Assembly: GCA_963786955.1 (NCBI GenBank)
Contig: CAWBAT010000005.1
Location: 416,001 to 480,000, forward strand
Direction of reading: 5' to 3'
DNA length: 64,000 nt
DNA from: an uncultured Acidimicrobiia bacterium
Lineage (GTDB): Bacteria; Acidobacteriota; Terriglobia; Versatilivoradales; Versatilivoraceae
Below are positions 60,989 to 64,000 of the stretch, piece by piece. A program made the translations under genes and the position numbers. The notes under the pieces are model-generated. The model was given only the letters and a program-made list of their open reading frames with translations, searched no databases and was not told the origin of the DNA. Each line of letters starts with the position of its first letter. Position 1 is the first letter of the stretch.

Positions 60989-62734
60989 TTAGTGTTCGCT
61001 TCTGAATTGCCGGTCATTCGAAGGAATGATTCCGTTCCCTTCCTGAATTGTGAGGATCTGATTGGCAGGAACATCCTTTAACACATCAGTCTTTCCTGAA
61101 GGCCAATGAATTTCAACCTTTTCGGCTTGCTTCATCCGCCCTAAACCGAAATGAATCCTGGGATCTGACGCAGACAAATAGCTCATCCCCCCTTTAACTT
61201 GATCGAACTCGGTCTCCTCTCCAGCCGTCAATTCGATTCGTGCCCCGACTCCATCCCGGTTACTGGCCACACCAATCAATCGGAATGCCAGCCAGTTGTT
61301 GTAGTTTCCTCCATCGTTGCGGATGAGTTCCCCATGTTGTCCATTGTTGCTGACCAACAAGTCTAAATCGCCGTCGTTGTCATAGTCCCCGAGAGCCAGC
61401 CCCCGACCGACACGCGCATTCGTGAACGCGGGCCCAGCCGCCGCGCTGACATTCATGAATCGTCCGTGGTCGTTCCGGTAAAGAATTCTCTTTTCGGCAT
61501 GAAAGACATCACGCCTGAAGAGATTCACATTATCCATGACGTGCCCGTTGACAATGACCAGGTCTTGCCGGCCATCGTTATCGAAGTCAAGAAAACGCGT
61601 GCCAAATCCGCTATTGAGAACGGCGGTCCGCGCTAATCCGGAACTCATCGTATAATCGGAAAAACGCATCCCGCCGTGATTCAGATAAAGACGATTGAGT
61701 TCAAAATCGAGGTGAGTCACGTAAATATCGAGTCGTCCATCCCCGTTGAAATCAGCGGCGTCAACCCCCATTCCCGCTTCCGGAATCCCATCCTCGCTGT
61801 AGCCGGTGCCGGAAGGTAAAGTCACGTCCTCAAAGGTGCCATCGTGACGATTCCGATAGAGCAGATTGCGCACAGAATCGTTGGAGATGAAAAGGTCCAC
61901 CCAGCCGTCATTATCGAAGTCTGCAGCCACCACGCCGAGTCCCTTACAGCTTGTTGCTTGAAGCCCGGCTTGTTTGGTGACGTCGGTAAACTTGCCGTCG
62001 TGCTCATTGCGATAGAGAGCCGGGTAGACGGCATCGTAATACCTTGGGTGACAATACATTCTCTGGTCGGGCTCTCCGCAGTACTTGTTTCGAGCGTAAT
62101 CAAAATCCAGATAATTGATCACCAACAGGTCCAGAAACCCATCATTGTCATAATCCAACCAAGCGGCGCTGACTCCCCATCCTTTTGAGTTTTCGACTCC
62201 TGCCTTTTGCGTGACATCTTTGAAGGAACCCCGCTTATCGTTGTGGTATAGGGTCGACGAGGGAAACCCGGTTACGTAAAGATCCGGGAAACCGTCGTTG
62301 TCGAAGTCTCCCACGGCCGCGCCCATTCCGAAGCCAGGGTTCGTTCCCACTCCCGACTCTGAAGTCACATCCACGAAGCGTCCATTCCCCGCCGAGTGAT
62401 AGAGTGCATTTCTCAAAGGCCGAACGGGCTGATAGGCGGGTGTGGGTCCTCCATTCACAAAGAAAACATCCAGGTATCCATCCCGATCATAGTCGAGGAA
62501 AGCGCATCCAGAGCCCATGGTTTCGACTAGATATTTTTCCTTTGAAGCGGCATTGTCGTGCAGGAACTGAATTCCGGATTCCACTGTCACATCGACAAAA
62601 GTCACCCTCGGAGTTGCCTCTCGGACCTGGTCCTCCGGTTGAGCGAAAGCCCAATGTCGAATCGAGAAGAGGAAAACACTGAATAGGATAATGACTAAGA
62701 ACAGGGAATGAAAGGCCACTCGCCTTTTGTGCAT
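60989..62734 (-). CDS. CRTAC1-family protein (FG-GAP repeats + ASPIC/UnbV)
   Basis: ETMGSGCAFLDYDRDG, DxDNDG repeats, HFGLG..EIHWPSG. Confidence 0.9.
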   Translation of the reverse strand: MHKRRVAFHSLFLVIILFSVFLFSIRHWAFAQPEDQVREATPRVTFVDVTVESGIQFLHDNAASKEKYLVETMGSGCAFLDYDRDGYLDVFFVNGGPTPAYQPVRPLRNALYHSAGNGRFVDVTSESGVGTNPGFGMGAAVGDFDNDGFPDLYVTGFPSSTLYHNDKRGSFKDVTQKAGVENSKGWGVSAAWLDYDNDGFLDLLVINYLDFDYARNKYCGEPDQRMYCHPRYYDAVYPALYRNEHDGKFTDVTKQAGLQATSCKGLGVVAADFDNDGWVDLFISNDSVRNLLYRNRHDGTFEDVTLPSGTGYSEDGIPEAGMGVDAADFNGDGRLDIYVTHLDFELNRLYLNHGGMRFSDYTMSSGLARTAVLNSGFGTRFLDFDNDGRQDLVIVNGHVMDNVNLFRRDVFHAEKRILYRNDHGRFMNVSAAAGPAFTNARVGRGLALGDYDNDGDLDLLVSNNGQHGELIRNDGGNYNNWLAFRLIGVASNRDGVGARIELTAGEETEFDQVKGGMSYLSASDPRIHFGLGRMKQAEKVEIHWPSGKTDVLKDVPANQILTIQEGNGIIPSNDRQFRSEH

Positions 62735-62811
62735 GGGAATCTGAAAAGATTCAATCTAAAGGCTCAAATTAAGGACAGAAGGCGCAGGTTGTTAAGGCAG
62801 GGTCATGATGC

Positions 62812-63834
62812 CTATGCTAGGTGCGGCTGGGTGATCTTAAGATCGTCCTCCAGTGTACGATGCGACTGGATCCCCAACTTCTGCAAACCACCGTGATAGG
62901 CTTTGACGGCTTCCTCAGGCTGGAGTTCCCCATCGGCAATCAATCGCAAGAACCGGACGAACGTCAGTTGGTGTTCCGCATTGTTGATCTTTCGCCCAAA
63001 TAAGGCTGCCCGCGCTCCATATTTCTTAGCCTCGGCCAATAACTTGAAAGCATCGTGAGTCGTTCCCGAAGAGCCACCCAGAATTCCGGGGACGAGTGAA
63101 GGATCATATTGGACCAGGTCTTCCATGGAGCGGGGGCCATGGTAGGCAATCTTGAGGAAGACGGGGCGCCCCCGACGCGGTACTCCGGCCAACATGCGCG
63201 CAATGTGATCGTTGATGAAATGTCCAAGGAACTGGGGCTCTACAGCTCCCGGAATGACTGGATCGAATACTTCCAGAAAATGCCGCAGCCCTTTCTGTTC
63301 GGCTTCGATCCGGAAATCCCTATAAGCTTCGAGGGTCCGGTGGTCGGAATCCACCTCATTATTGAATGTTACAGAGTAGAGTGCCAGGTTGGGTCCCCGA
63401 TTCCGTTCTTCTTCTGTGCACTGGATTTTTCCGGACTGAATTTGTTCGATGGTGACCGATCGAAAGGGTCTGGAAGGGGACTGGCTGTAGCACCCACCGC
63501 GAATTACGTGAATGTCGGTCGTGTCATTGGCGCGGACTGCCACGGTCACGGGCGAATCGTCGAAGACCCTCTCCTCCAGGGCTAATATCTCGCTGCTGCT
63601 GGCCGACATCAACATAATATCGACCAAGCCTTGACGGACAATTTCACGCATTTGATCGCGAAACTCTGCCAAGCTCCTAACTCTGTCTTCTCCATCTCCT
63701 CTCCCTACAGACTTCCCCGGAGAAGCCAATCCAAAAGCCAGGTCGGCATCTTTGGCATCTGCCAAAATGAAGTCATTGGAAGCGGATGGATCTTGATTGA
63801 TATTCTTCAGTTTGAGATCAAGACTCTTTTGCAT
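62812..63834 (-). CDS. Conserved hypothetical protein, probable aldolase-like TIM barrel
   Basis: FILADAKDAD, HFLEVF, FLKIAY, GILGGSSG, GARAALFGRKI. Fold is an inference. Confidence 0.65.
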   Translation of the reverse strand: MQKSLDLKLKNINQDPSASNDFILADAKDADLAFGLASPGKSVGRGDGEDRVRSLAEFRDQMREIVRQGLVDIMLMSASSSEILALEERVFDDSPVTVAVRANDTTDIHVIRGGCYSQSPSRPFRSVTIEQIQSGKIQCTEEERNRGPNLALYSVTFNNEVDSDHRTLEAYRDFRIEAEQKGLRHFLEVFDPVIPGAVEPQFLGHFINDHIARMLAGVPRRGRPVFLKIAYHGPRSMEDLVQYDPSLVPGILGGSSGTTHDAFKLLAEAKKYGARAALFGRKINNAEHQLTFVRFLRLIADGELQPEEAVKAYHGGLQKLGIQSHRTLEDDLKITQPHLA

Positions 63835-63854
63835 TTTTTTGCGATTCACCTCAA

Positions 63855-63925
63855 GTAGGGGCGAAGCATTCGTCGGTATAAAAGAGGATATTCTTGATAG
63901 GCGAAATTGAATGCTTCGCCCCTAC
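63855..63925. repeat. GTAG REP pair (17-bp perfect inverted repeat)
   Basis: GTAGGGGCGAAGCATTC ... GAATGCTTCGCCCCTAC. Confidence 0.75.
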
Positions 63926-64000
63926 AGCAAAAAACCTTCGCAATCTCCGCCGGCAGTTTTCTGCAAACCTACGTGGCTGTCAAGCAGATTTCTCTGCGCC

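Overview
A mid-GC bacterial window. Its gene content (Acidobacteria-type VWA protein, carboxypeptidase-regulatory-domain TonB receptors, CRTAC1-family proteins, a DUF1501/DUF1553 cluster) points to Acidobacteriota; this is an inference. No rRNA, tRNA, CRISPR array, integrase or transposase was recognised. Many genes in 0.3-37.9 kb are split by 1-bp frameshifts, including xth, ruvC, map and htpX, whereas all genes from 38 kb onward are intact, so the breaks are most likely long-read errors. Highlights: (1) A 14.4-kb island (9.6-24.0 kb) encodes an ECF sigma factor, a zinc-finger/TM/TPR anti-sigma and a TPR-CHAT (caspase-like) protease. It has two copies of a bipartite ECF-type promoter (GTCACAAAAT-N10-GACTCTTAT) and an [IL]RGS motif shared by the anti-sigma and the protease. 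Its candidate regulon is two duplicated secreted proteins and an ELWxxDGT protein, next to a TonB receptor, and the island is punctuated and bounded by same-orientation REP-like double hairpins. (2) A GxxExxY nuclease gene sits within about 6 copies of a 29-bp repeat inside a sugar-catabolic operon, and a 22-bp copy of its 5' end supplies the RBS of the next gene. (3) A 6S-like nested hairpin lies directly upstream of an RpoH-type sigma gene. (4) There is a Fur-ferritin-like fusion gene and an unusual GH38/isomerase/aldolase/2-oxoacid-dehydrogenase operon, probably under RpiR control.
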